Of a stretch of DNA of 64,000 bases, positions 21,609 through 35,337 are shown in pieces. The number at the start of each line of letters is the position of its first letter. Within the stretch, counting starts at the first letter, position 1. Origin of the DNA: Lobosporangium transversale (Eukaryota); assembly GCF_002105155.1 (NCBI RefSeq), contig NW_019028991.1:620001-684000 (forward strand), written 5' to 3'. The notes under the pieces are model-generated. The model did not search any database and had not been told where the DNA came from. It worked only from the letters and a program-made list of their open reading frames with translations. The position numbers were made by a program, and so were the translations under genes.

Positions 21609-24600
21609 ATGAGCGCTGCCGAAAGGAGAGACAGTGGTATTCTTGCGGACTCGTCTGAAAGCTATTCTTCAGCTCCCTCCGCGGGAAGCCTTTGCCCAAG
21701 TAAAACACTTAAGTTAATTCGAGGTAAATGAATCTCCATGTCCATTGATCAACCTCATTCTGAAGAAATTTCATTTTCTTTTTTATCATTAGCAAGCACT
21801 ATTATTACCAGCCTCATTACCATCTTCATTACCAGCTTCATTACCAGCTTCATTACCAGCTTCATTACCAGCTTCGCGACAGGCTACACAGAGCCGGCCA
21901 CGGAAACGAAAGGCTCAAGCTGATACAGTAGTTTCATACTCAGGAACAAGCTCTTCTCAAGTAGTCACTCCCCATTTACAAAGCGAGGAACAAATCCAGA
22001 GACTAAATGTCTTGAGAGTCAAGGAGTTTGAAGCCCAAGTAAACACTGAAGAACAGCGTCGCCATCAGCTTGCAGATAGCACTAAGAAGACTTACATCCG
22101 ATACCAGCAGCATTGGGAGGTAAAGATCGCACGCACGTTTTTCAATTATAAAATGAGATAGAGTTAAAGCATGTGCTTATTCTGATTCGCTCTGCGATTC
22201 CTTTCCTATTCTCCTATTCTCAAGGCCTGGTGTACTCGAAAAGGATATGGAAGCGATTTCAGCGTCAGGGCAAACAAGTTCCTAATGTACATGAAAGAGA
22301 ATTTGGAAGAAAAACCATTTATACCGGACAACGATATTAACCATCGAGATGCTGTGCTTCCGCTTCGTGTCAATGCCAAGTTGAAGGGCTCTGTAACTTC
22401 TTTCGAGCTTATGAAATACTTGGAGGCAGAGCCAGTGTCATTCGAAACAGCAGACGCATATATCAAGGCTGTTATAGATCTTTACAACAGCCAGAGGAAT
22501 CGTCCAGATATGATGCATGAGCAACATCCTAGAACTCATTCAATTATCACTCTCATGGAAGGCTATAAACGCAGATTAGGGCAGACCAAAACAGCAAAGA
22601 AAATGAGAACATTTTGTGTTGATCAGGGTGAGGAGATTTACCACTTAAAGGAGGTGATGAGACAAGGCTGGAGACATAACTACTCGTCGCTTGGGAAATC
22701 CAATAATCACAAAGTTAAAGGGCTACGAGACCGAGGCATTGCAGCATGGTCTTTTTTTATGATGACTCGAGGGGAGAATATGAGGAAGGCTACATTGGCA
22801 GACATACAGGCCATCAATTTTGGACGCAAGGAGACCAATAATGGCCAATTTGTGCTCGGCATCGTCCTTACAATGCTGCAAGGAAAAGTAAACCGTGATG
22901 GCAAAGAGTGTATGACAGCAATCATTAGGAATAAAAATGTGGAGGTATGCCCAATTGGCGCCCTTGGGTTTTATCTCTTTGAGCTTTGGCAGGTAAGCGA
23001 TCAATAGCTACTTTAGTATTAGAATAAGTGCCATTTTGACTATATTAATAACACCGAAGATGCTTCTTATTTTTGTAGTGCTCTGATGTCACAGTGCCTA
23101 ATTTTGCAGACGAAGAGGATTGGTACAACCGATATCTTTGGGTGAGCACATCCGATCCAAGTCAAAAAACTGAGCTTTCCCAAGCAGCGCACTACATGGG
23201 TCAGTCTCATTTGTTTGATGGGGCTAACATCCCCATTAACAAGCCAACCCACTATCACCGCGGTGCTGGAGCTCGCTTTGCGCATCAAAATGGGTGTGAG
23301 ATTCAGGACATTGAAAAGCATGCGCACTGGAGCATGAACCGCCTCATGACGCATTATTTGGACCTCGCGATCAGTACCGTTGCCTTTAAAATGTCTGGCT
23401 TCACCTCTTTTAATGAACGCCCATGGTATGTGCGTAACGTTCTGCTTCCTCCGAATGAACTTCAGATAAAGATCTTCCCTTTTATCGAGTCGTACTTTGA
23501 TGGTCATCCTGATTGGAAGAAACGCATACAGAACATCATGGAGGATAGAGAAATCTGTTACGGGCGACCCGAACATACACGTCTTTCAGTCAGTCACATG
23601 GATGTCCCCGCCATCAACATTTTGAGCCTCCTGGCTCACTTACGGAAGGTCATACTCCAGGATGCGGTCGTTCTCATGGATATCTCTAGTGAAAACCACT
23701 TGTCCAATTACTCACTTCACGGAATATTTAGACACAAAGTGTTTCAAGATCCGCAATTCCACTCGTATCGATTGGCGCTCAAGGATGCTATGGCAAACGC
23801 TACATCCCCGTACTTGGATAGCCTTAATGCTAACTCACCTGCTATCGTGAATGAACTCCGAGGAGTCAGTACGAAGCTTGGTCATGACCTTCAGCATGTA
23901 CAGGCGTCTATTGACAATTTAACTCAAAGGGCAGACGAAATTTCCTCAAACACGCGAACTCTTAAAGGAGACTTTATCGATGAAAGGCATCGACAGTCGG
24001 AAGCGACTGCATTGGCAGTTTCAGGTGAATTCAATCGTTTTGCCGCTAGTATGCTAAATATCATGAAGCAAGTGGCACAGCAACTTCAAGTTTCTGTGGC
24101 GGAAGAGAGTGTGTCACTGGGCCTAACTTCTAACATGCAACCTGCAAAGGGATTGGGGTTGGCGTCCAATCAATCTCGACTTCAGAAGCAGAAGCCCACC
24201 CAGCGGCAGGCCCAGGAACAACATGGACAAGGGTTAGAACAACAACAGATGAATCAGGACAATAATCAAGATCAAGATCAAGATCAAAACTACGAGCAAG
24301 GTCAGAACATTCAAGAATTGAATCAGCAACAAGAACAGGCTCAGCAAGAGCCAGGGCAGAAACAGCAGGATGAAGTGGGCCAGGATATCCCATTAGTACA
24401 AAAGCGGTTCAAGAAGCTTTGGACGGATAGCAGAATTAAAGAAATACAAAACCTTGAAAACTCGCTTGCAACGCCTCAAATGGAGGTCACTATTGATAAA
24501 TATGACATGCTCCATCAAAAACATTCTCTCCGAGAGCATTGGAATGAATGGTTTTATGGGCACAATGACTATCCTTCTATCTGGCGGCTTAATAAGTTCA

Positions 24601-24794
24601 AAGGCGGGTCTTGGAGGGCTTCCAATTCGGCTAGACGATACAAGTTTAAGAAAGACGTGATATATTCGATTCTCGATAGGATGCTCACCATGGAAGGTGA
24701 ATTACGTGATCGAGAGAGAGTTGCTTTAAATGAAGTTGAGCAGCTCTTGGTATCCTCGTCTTTGAATAAGTATTACAACGATCTTCATAGTTAG
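21609..24794 (+). mobile_element. Crypton-type (CryptonF/Ndc10-like) tyrosine recombinase with C-terminal GCR1_C domain, 4 exons
   Basis: Exons ~21609-21723, 21797-22119, 22226-22992 and 23079-24794 splice into one open frame. Motifs LRDRG...MMTRGENMR, QGKVNRDGK, RNKNVEVCPIGALGFYL, THYHRGAGA, AHWS and THYL; GCR1_C-like SLREHWNEWFYG..YPSIWRLNKFKGGSWR. Confidence 0.85.
21804..21875 (+). repeat. 12-bp tandem repeat (TTACCAGCTTCA, ~6 units) encoding (LPAS)n
   Basis: Visible tandem array in Crypton exon 2. Confidence 0.9.
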
Positions 24795-25864
24795 GATTAT
24801 AGTGCAACCTTCGGTTAGAATTATAGAATTAAAGCGCATATCAGTTCAAGCATTGACGCATCTAATATCTAAAGTCAACTGTCTGGTGGAAGTTGTAGCG
24901 GAAGGGCTGGACAGAGTGTTGTAACTCGAAAAAATGTTAAAAATTGGTTAATGTGAGGAATGAAGGAATGAGAAACCACAATTATGCCCTTGTAACAACC
25001 AACCTCCCTTTCATTCGACAAAAATGGCGCAATGGTCCAAGAACCAAGGAACCAAGGAACATGGAGTAGTTTTCTGTAGTCGCATATTATGTGCCAATTC
25101 TGCTCTCTCCTTTCTTTTAATTGATTTCTATTCTAGTATTTCATATAAAAGTGGTGTGAAGGTTTGATATGTACGTATCCGTATTAGATAGAAGTTGTGG
25201 ATACACTGATTTTCACGTGACAACTGACAGGTAATAGATAGGAAATTTTTTTTATTACCCTCGGTAAACTGACACTGCTTTATATGACTTTATGCTATAT
25301 ATTAGCGATTACGAGGACGAGGAGGGCTATCCAATGTCTTTTATACTCTTTATCAACAAAAATCCATGAATAATCGAGGATCAGCATACAGGTTACTTTA
25401 TCAAAAATAGATTTTGACTGAGAGTGTGTATGCTGACCACTTTGAGCGCATGGTGAATGAAAGTAGAATTCTGCTGATACAGCTCTTACATAAGACCACT
25501 CATTATTGAAGAAGCGCTATCGCTATGAGGTGGTGAAGAAAGTAAAGCTAAACACAGCAGGACACAGAAAAAGGATTGCGTCCCAAATGGTGAATCTGTA
25601 AATTCCTATCCCTGTGAGAAAGTTATATTTCACGCATCATGCCACTGGAATAAAATATAGTGATGGGTTGACAAGTTACATCAAGGATTGCTAACGTTTT
25701 GGCGAATACAATTTGCGCAGACATTCATGGTTTCAATTAAAAAAGCATATTTGAGTTTTTTGGCTCTAGGATATCGGAGTAAAATAAAGAAAAAAAAAAA
25801 AAAAAAAAAAAAAAACATCCAAAGCATCCTAATCATTCTTATTCATTCCTTCATTCTTATTGCT

Positions 25865-27722
25865 ATGACCATTCAGTGCAAGCATGTCATTGTCGTTGGT
25901 GGAGGGATGGCTGGTTTGAGCGCAGGTAAAAAAATAAAATAAAATCAATATATTAAAAGGATAAAAAGCTATTAGCAGCTAACATCTGCTATTTTATTAT
26001 TTCAGCGCTGGAGCTGACTAAGGACCCCAATATCAGAGTCACTCTTTTGGAAGCTCGGAATCGTCTGGGCGGTCGGATTGCCACTCACCATAGCCTGATC
26101 TCTCCCTCGTTCGAGGCATCAGCTCTTGTACCCACTGGTTCCTCTTCTCTCGCCTTTGATTTTGGTGCTTCCTGGATTCATGGTGTCGACCCTTCGAATC
26201 CACTCTACTCCCTTCTCAACCAAGCCAAAGTCAAGTACATTCATACAGACAGCGATATCATGTTTAGTCAACCTGGTCCTGGTATAATACATCTGCCTGA
26301 AGAGGAGAGTAATCATTATTGGAAAATTGTTTGGGATATTTTGGATGAAGGGCAAGAGTTTGCAAGAACCTGTCGTGATCAGATCCCAGAGAACCTTTCT
26401 TTACGTCAATGGCTGACAGATTATATCAAAAAGTACCAGAGCGAGGATCCGAATGACGAGAAAACATACATGAGCCCTATTATGAAGAGAGTGATACCAG
26501 GGTTGGCCATGTATTGGGCGGACGAAAACGCCATTCCCCTAGAGCGAGTGTCTATGAAATACATGGATGCTGAAAAGATCTTTCCTGGTGAACATTGTCT
26601 GGTCACCAATGGACTTGACCGTGTGGTTAATGTACTGAAGGTTCAGCTGGAGGAGAAGGAAAAGGAGAACCTTACTGCGTTACTGGAGCACGTTGTCGAA
26701 GGCATCGAATACAATGGTAAAAGAAATGTTACATAGTTTCTCTGTGCGGTTTTAATATATCAATTCATCAATTTGTAACCATTTAGCCTGAATATCTTGT
26801 GCGTATCTATTCCCAATCACTCACATGAATAGAATTTCAAGTCGACGTCACAACAAATCATGGTTCCTTCACTGCGGACCAAATCCTGGTCACCCTTCCC
26901 CTCGGCGTCCTCAAAACCCTCCAGACAAGAACAGAAGCATCAACAGCAGCTACTAGCACTCCATTTTTTAACCCCCCTTTACCTATTTCTAAGCAAAATG
27001 CAATTCGAAACCTTGGCTTTGGAACCATGTTTAAAATCTTCCTCTTCTTCCCAACGTGTTTTTGGTCTCCCAATGTGCATTTCATCAACTGTCTCCCCTC
27101 GGAAGAATTTACTAAATCTCCTTCTTCTAATTTAATAGCTCGTTTTTGTTTGAATAGCAGACAAATCGAAGCTCTGACAGTGTTGATGCGGGATCTAGCT
27201 AATTACTCGTCCCTGATGCCAGTCTACAACATGCCAATCCTGATTGGATATGCCACCAATCGCGCTGCAGAATTGATGGAATGTTTAACAGATGACGAAG
27301 CCCGATACGTTTACATGTGTCATTTAGCTCATTACTACGATATCATGACCATTGATAATGACAGGACTAATGGAGGTGAAGCCGTCTGGCCAAAAATCTC
27401 ATTCATGTCAAGATGGAATCAAGATCCCTTTGCCCGTGGGTCTTACTCAAGTATCCCTATAGGCGCTACACCTCAAGACATTGAAGCCTTTCAAGTTCCT
27501 GTTGGGGTCAGACGCGATAGTATGAGCACTACTGATACCATTGAGGAGGGCACGGATAATGTTCCAGCTTCAAATAAGTTAATAGCTGTAAATGATCCAG
27601 AGTTGGGGAGAGTCTTCTTTGCAGGCGAACATACATCCTCTAGTCACTTTGCTAGCATCCAAGGCGCACTCATGTCCGGTCGCCGAGAGGCAGTTAAAAT
27701 TTTGAGACAGTCTCTTGTGTAG
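25865..27722 (+). CDS. Flavin-containing amine oxidase (polyamine oxidase-like), multi-exon
   Basis: Motifs VIVVGGGMAGLSA, LEARNRLGGRI, FDFGASWIHG, RWNQDPFARGSYS and FFAGEHT...GALMSGRREA. Confidence 0.9.
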
Positions 27723-27916
27723 GTCGTAGCATAGAAAAGTCTAATAAAGATATTTGATTGAACTAAGTTCTTATTACCCTATTTTCTCAAGGAAGAAATG
27801 ATACGACAAAAAAAAAAAAAAAAAAAAGTTCACATTTATTTGATGGAAATGAGCTGGTATCTGATATATTTCTATTATACAAATAGGTTTGCGCTTCCTT
27901 ACATCCCATTAGGATT

Positions 27917-30381
27917 CTAAGCTCGAGTCCTTGGCCCTGAAAAAATTGACCCCGAGAGCTTGGCGAATACTCCTCGATTACCTGATTTCTTTTCCCTGTC
28001 TGCATTCTTTTCCTTGTCTGACCAATAGGACCCTGAGATTCCATCAGATGTTACACTTTTCCTCATCTTGATGAACCCCTCTGGAGGCGGTGATGGTTTG
28101 TTGGCAGGAGGCGAGGATGATAACATGGCAGATGCATAGCTCAAAGAAGAACTAATAGAATCAGAAGGAGTAGGTGGTGTCAAAGTGGATGTCGGATTGA
28201 TAGAAAAGATAGAGGGCATGGATCCCTTTTTCGCAGCTGATGCCTTCTCAGCAGCCGTTAATGAATGTCGATGGTGCTGATGATAGGGATATGATGGCTC
28301 AGGGCTCCTGGAGTCCTTACGTCCCAACTCTTCCATGGTGACTTTGGAGATAGTATCATTTGTGTCTGATGAGCTCCGAGACGTCTGACGGGACACTGGA
28401 CTAGAATAAAATAGTTGTGGTTGTGTATCTCTAATCTCCTCTGCATCCACTTGAAAAGAAGTGCGCCGTCGAAAAATGCCTTTAGATTTATTCTTAGACT
28501 TGACCAGTTTGCTAGCAGGGCGAACCACTATGACAGGAATAGGTGAATAGTGGAGACAATAACGCGATATGCTCCCCAAAAGAAACCCTTTTACTTTGCT
28601 ATGCCCTCGGGTCCCTACAACCAACATTGTTGGCTCATACATTTTGATCTGAAGTTTTTTTTATAAAAAAAATTAGCAAAGAAATATGTTAGTTCAAATC
28701 TTTGATCTTCTCTCAATCGCAACCCATTGAATGTCCTGTATAGTATCACCATTTCTCCTATGATTCACATTACCATGTGCTGAATCGTATCGCGTACAAA
28801 GCCAACCAGACACTCTACAACTATATTGATCTCTTTGGATTTGTTTCTTTCTCTAATCATTTCCATAATTTTGGTTGCTTCTTCCCGGGCAGCGAATTCT
28901 TGTCCGTGAAATGATGGGACTCCATTTTTGGCAACTAGACGTCATAGTACAAGAATTGTTTAAATTATTTAGGAGACAAAAATAATGAATGTGTGCCAAT
29001 CGTGAAGTTCTAACCCTGTATCTTATACGTAAATCAGACATCCTGATTAATCTTCGTCTTCTTTGCTGTCTATCAACGTCATTTGTACAACTCAACTCCA
29101 TGTCCTCAGGCGCCATTCCATTCCAGTTGGAAAAAAGGAAAAAAAAAAAAAAAAAAAAAAAGAAAAAGTCCTGGGTACTTTCTGTTGTTGCATGATCAAA
29201 TTTACAAGAGCATCCCTGATTGGTGTCAAGTTGTGGCCCGTGTGTCACCAGATCTGTTGTTTTAAGTGTCCATTGGTGGCCAATCCAGTTGACTGTTGTG
29301 CCCCCGATTCAGCCTTCGAACTCTATATTAGACTGTCCTTGTTATTTCTTTAGTGAACCACTAAAACAAAATAAAAAGTAAACTAAGTTACACTTACAAG
29401 AGTCCCGTAACTCCATTGGCACAACACGCAACGCAACGATCTATTAATTGCAATACAGGCATCAAAAAAAAAAAAAAAAAAAAAAAAAAGGACGATTAAA
29501 TAAAAACCATCGATGGACTAATATGATTATAATTACAATCCCGCGACAAGGTTTGGCTCTCCTGGGGATGGGTCCAAAGAAAAAAAAAAAAAAAAAAAAA
29601 AAAAAAGAGAGGGGCGGGAATCAAAGGGTGCATTTTTTCTTTATCTTGCGCAAGCACGGCTGTGAAACGGAAGTTGGTATATCACAATTTGGTCTGGGGA
29701 CACAAGCACAGCAAAAAGGCCCCACAGATACTCGATGTTTGTGACTTCAATCCAATCAGAGCTTTCCAAATGTAGTCCATTTTTTCTTTTTTTTTCTTTT
29801 GCTAGTTCGATTTCCAATCATGGTACGAAAATACATTTGTCCCACAAGTCCAGTGCCATTGTGATGGCCGATTCCTCTGGAAAGAAGATGAAAAGGGAGT
29901 TCAAGCACCGTGCATACATCCTTTTCATTTATAACCTTACCTCATCACCATCCTCGACCATATTTTCCATGACCCACTGTAATGCATGAGAACTATAATC
30001 GCTCAGGTCAGTGCACACCAAAAAAGTTCGGGTGTTCTTAGCCCGTTTCCATTTATCTGTCCTGGCTTGAAGTGTCAGTGCATATTGAACAGTATCCTCG
30101 CAATCCAGGGTATCAAAGCCAACTCGCGCAATGTAACCATTTTTGGACCTTTGTTTAGATAGAGCCTCAGACTTGGGAGTTTTATCATCGCAGTCTGAAG
30201 GAAAAGTCAAAGTAACTGAAGTTGTAGTGGAGTTCCTTGGAGAGCCAGTGAATGAAGGTAAAGGAGAACTTGAGAGAGAAGATGTGGGCAACGGAGACGA
30301 TAATTCGTTAGATAAAGAGGAAGAGGATGACGAAGACAAGGATATAGAGTTATTGATGTCCTGATTGTTGTTATTAGCCAT
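27917..30381 (-). CDS. Universal stress protein (USP) domain protein, multi-exon
   Basis: Motifs RTFLVCTDLSDYSSHALQWVMENMVEDGDE and YEPTMLVVGTRG...LLGSISRYCLHYSPIPVIVVRP. Confidence 0.88.
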
Positions 30382-31409
30382 TGAATTGATCGGAATTGAA
30401 TGTCGGAGGAGTGGTTGTAAAGTTATAAAATGAAGTGTGCAAGAGTGGTAAAAAAAGCTGAGAAATACTGTGAATGGAGCGGAAGAGAATAGCAAATGGG
30501 GTTGTGTATTTGAAGGAATAGGTTATAAAGAAAAAGAAAAAGAAAAAAAAAAAAAAAAAAAAAAGAGCCGTTTGTGTTCAGGATGTCTGGGAGGCGAACT
30601 CGGCTGAGAAAAACAAACTTACTTCAACATTCGTAAAACATGAAACTAAACATCAGGCAAATATAATAGAGCTGTCACGATTCAACAGTCTATTGATTCA
30701 ACACAATCATCCCATCGAGGCATTGCAATGACGATGACAACCAGACTACAGACTATTTACTACCAAGGCGGACTTCATGGTCATAACCTAAAGCAGTCGC
30801 TTCCAAATCAGGCACTTCCAGTCTCGGATCCAAACCTGAATGTTTCTGCATGAATTCCTGTGAGCGTAATCATTCAAGCGGAGACTCATTTTTATTAATA
30901 TTTTATTTTATTTACAATCAAGAGGTTACCCGACACACGGAACTGAGTTATTGACAATTGAAGAAGGTGTTACCAAAAAAGACCTGTATTAAATCTTTGT
31001 CTTGCTGACATCTATATTTCCAGAGTTCATTGATCGTTAACCTCCTTTTCCCATCCTCAATTGTGATTAATAGACTAGATTTATTTGTAAATTCAGGACA
31101 TGGCTTGATCACCAAGTTCAATTAAAATTCGATGGTAGGAAGGGCCAATAGCAGATGATATTCTCGCTCTTTGATCCCAAAGAAACAAGTAACAATCTTC
31201 CGTTTGATTTAATTGCTTCGCCCGCTTGTAGAAACTCAAGTATGTGACTGCGAAATCAAATAAAGAACTAGGGCACAAACATCCAAAAAAAAAAATGGCG
31301 GCAATACTAATTCGCGTTTCTACACCTTCACATTCAAAGGCATTTCAAATCCAAATCCTAATCGAAATCCTGACGAGATTCAAAAGAAACACTGAACTCC
31401 ATCACATTC

Positions 31410-33546
31410 ATGAGCTTGAACAACTGGGTTGAAATGGCTAAATGTGCCATCTTGGCACGACTCTCTGAGCGAACACTCCCTCCATCGTTAGTGGGTTTGG
31501 AAGAGCAATACAAGTAAGGAGATGTTATTTGATAAAAGAGGTTCATTTCTCTGTAAAACTTTATAGCTCTATACCAATCCTCACAGTGAAGAAATTGCTA
31601 TGCCCTGTCAGAAAAATTGCTGATCTGATGCGGCAGACAATAGAAATGGGTGAGAGTAACTCGTGTCTGATTCTTGGTCCCCGTGGAACCGGAAAGACTA
31701 TGGTAGGGGACCATGTTCATCTTTCAAGAAGATCTTGATATGAGAAAGCTGTCTCTGAGACTCCTTATCCCTATTGCTTCTTTCTCAGATTCTTGTGTGA
31801 TTTAATATTGATGTCCACATTGTTATTGTAATAGCTTGTTCGCAAGGCATTGAATGAAATGGAGAATCTATTTGGAGCTGCACGGATAACAGAAGAGACA
31901 GACCAGGATATGGCTGTTGATAATGAGGCTCGCAAAGACTTTATGGTGATCCGTCTCAATGGGCTTGTACAGACAGATGACAGGATGGCTTTAAAAGAAA
32001 TCATGCGTCAGCTATCACGAGAAGGGGAGTCTGGAATGGCTAACAGCAATGTAAAACAAAAAAAAAAGTCTACTGTGTTGCCTGGTCAATTCTTAGTTTT
32101 AGAGTAATTTCTGAAAGCCACGAAATTGGCCGATTCGATTCGCCTTCTAATTGTCTCGTATACACAATTAGGTATCCTTTGCAGATTCTCTTCCCTCACT
32201 ACTCTCATTCTTGAAAAGTGGAACCAGGGATCAATATCCAATCATTTTTGTTATGGAAGAATTTGATCTGTTTGCTCAACACACAAAGCAATCCCTTTTA
32301 TACAATCTATTCGATATTGCACAAAGTGCAGAGTGGCCAATTGCTGTCATCGGGGTATCATGCCGTATGGTAGGATTGGTTTCCAGGAACAAAGAAAAAA
32401 AAATAACCAAAAAACTCAGTAGTATAAAAAATTAATGGCTACTACTTACTCGACATATTTAGGATGCGTTAGAGCTGCTGGAGAAGCGTGTTAAATCAAG
32501 ATTCTCGCACCGACAATATTATACATTCCCTCCAGAGAGCTACTATGATTTTATAGAAATTTGCCAGAATATGCTATTGCTTTCCCTAGAAGATATGAAC
32601 ATTGAGCTCGAGGATGGTGTCTACGTGGGCGAAGATGTAAACGAAAAAGAAGCTTTCATAAACGAGTTTAATGATCATGTTAAGGTACAACCAAAACAAA
32701 TCTCTGGCGATCAGTCACATGCTTACAACAACAAAAAACGTTGAACTGAAAAACAGTTACCTCAATAGATGCTCTTTGATGACAGTGGCTTTTCCAAGAT
32801 CATGCAGAGAATATTTGATCTGATGAAGGATATCCGTGGGTTCTTTCGTTTGTGTGTACGTCTTGAGATCAAAAAGGGTCTATTTTTTCTTTTCCTTTTT
32901 TTGGCATTAGAAGGTTTCGATAAAACATAGACTGATGATATCTCGTGTCTTTTAGTTTGGACCAGTGGCAAGCCTCTCAGAGACAAACCCCTATTTGCGA
33001 CCTCCACAATTTTACGAGTCTGGCCTACAACAGCGTGTTGACAACAAGACAGAGTTGTTGAAAGGCATATCTTTACTTGAGCTTTCATTATTGATTGCGA
33101 TCAAGCACCTTGTGGAGAGAGAGATTGTCTCATTCAACTTCGAGATGGTTTATGATGAATACAAGGAGTTTATGGATATGGCAGTTTTGAAGGGAGCCTC
33201 TGGCTCCAGCTCTTTAACCTTAGGCAGTGGAGGATCAATTGGATCTACTGATAGTGTATCATTGCGCCTCTACAAGAAGGCCGTCGCATTAAAGGTGAGC
33301 AAATGAGGTCGATTGGAATCATGGAAATAATAATAACAATACTAGTAACTAAGGTTTCGTTTCCAGGCATTTGAACACTTGGTGGAAACAGAGCTACTAC
33401 GACCAGCAGATGCCTCTGGCAAGGGTCCGAAAGAATATCGGATGATGCAAGTGATGCTTGACTCGAGCCAAATCGCAGACATTGTACTCAAACATCGCGA
33501 TTGCCCCACTCTGATAGCGCGATGGGCAGCCAGACGACAATCATAA
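31410..33546 (+). CDS. ORC4: Origin recognition complex subunit 4, multi-exon
   Basis: Motifs [74 protein letters not shown] and [11 protein letters not shown]...[10 protein letters not shown]. Confidence 0.93.
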
Positions 33547-34232
33547 TTATAATAAAGAAAAAAGCACGATTAAATGATAAAACACATAAGGGAACCAATG
33601 GTTATGCTTGGCGTTTACCTAAGACAGGACATCATGATCGACATCTACACCCTTTGTTGAGGGCTCTGTTCTTCTTTTTCTATCGGAGAACAAAACAAAT
33701 TTTGACTTTTAAAAAAGGAGACAAGCTTTTTTCTCATTCTTTATTTTCTTTCTTTTTATCCTCACCGTTCCTCTTTAACCTCTTTCATCTCCCCTTCCAA
33801 CTCTTTACTTCTGTCTTCTCTCTTGAGAATCAAAGCAAAGACTATTTGTTTGTCTGAATTCTACTTCATCCGCGACAAACCCATTCCGTTGTCTACTCTG
33901 ATCCATTCATTTACCTCTTGCTCAGTAGTCTGATCTCGTCCGAAATCGCAAAGCTACCTTGCAAAGGCTTCTCAATATTGTACTTGGAGCAACATCCACT
34001 TCCATCCTCACCGCGTTTTCGAGTCGACTCACCCTTCGTTGTGAGCTGACTCAACTCTTGTTTATCGAATATTCATCTCTTTATCAAGTTGGATTCCTCA
34101 AGACCATACCTCCGATACCTCTACCCGTTGCCCTTTACGCTACTGATAGCAATATCTTGAGTCGATTTCTTTGTCTTTTTGCTTGGGATTACACGCTGAA
34201 CTTCATTATTTCCAAGATTCGTTCATTCAACC

Positions 34233-35302
34233 ATGGGAGGGTAAGTCGGCGTTGTGGCCTAATATCCACGAAAACACGTAGTTGGGTCCCCTTAATCCCT
34301 TCTACATCCTTTTAAAACGCCATTACTTTGGGCAAAGGATGAAAAAGAGCATTTGTTGACATTTAGAAAAAATTTTCATCTGTTCCACAAGCCCTTGCTC
34401 ACTTGACAAGAGTGTGCTTAATTTTTTGCTTGTCCGCCTGATAATTCTTTTGCGTGTAGCAGCAATGGTAGCGCTCATGCAAGGTGGATGCAGAAAAATG
34501 CTCTCTGGGCTGGCTGTCTTTTGTATTTGGTTGGCTGGGACAGATTCGGGTCGAGTGGTGCAATTTATTTGTCTTGTGTTGCAAACAACGGGATGCTTAA
34601 TAGATTGTCTCTGTAGAGACTATCTGCATGCACTAGTGCGTAATAGGATTGAAGGGAAACAAGGGAGCAGAAAAGAAGGGAATATACGCTAACCTCTTTG
34701 TCGAGTGCATTCTTCGTCAATTGGAGTCTACCTTCTCATTTTGTCACCCGAGCATCATGGACTTGTAGTCTATCCTAGCTAAGTGAGAGAATTACCACAC
34801 CACACTACGATCCCACTTTGATGGCCGTGTAATTCCCACGCATTCGTGTGTATTTTACTTATTTGATTTGGGTTCATTTCATATTCCCATCACTTTGCAT
34901 CGATGGCTTTCTTATTCCTCTCTGTCATTCCCTCTTAAAGAAATATCTCTTGCTCATGTGAAATATGCTGCTCTCATTCCATTGTGGTGTCTCTAGAATA
35001 ACATTGGCTGACAACCCCCCCGATGATCCGGAGGGGAGTTTTATGCTCCCCAATGGTCTCTGCAATGCTGCGATACTCAAAGACCAGCTGAATCTGCTTA
35101 GCGGCTTTGCAGGGTCTACAGCTGAACATTCGAATACTTCCGCGATTGGAGCAGGAGCTAGTGGGGATGGTGGCCCAACGTTTTCCATCTCTGACTTCTT
35201 GGTACCTGCACTGCAGACCAAAGTGTGGGAAGACTGGCAGGTGGCCGATGAGTTCTCGTAAGTCTAATCTTATTAAAAAAGTCGAGTGCTTGCGCGATCT
35301 GT

Positions 35303-35337
<35 letters not shown>

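Noticed and set aside
13620..24794. Fanzor and Crypton as parts of one composite element
   Set aside because: They are separated by two ordinary housekeeping genes (LCB3 and the aldo-keto reductase), and no shared termini were seen.
25214..25221. GTCACGTG (CDEI/Cbf1-like site) downstream of an Ndc10-related recombinase, suggesting a point-centromere-like site
   Set aside because: An 8-mer expected by chance (also present near 846). No highly AT-rich CDEII or CDEIII-like motif at the right spacing.
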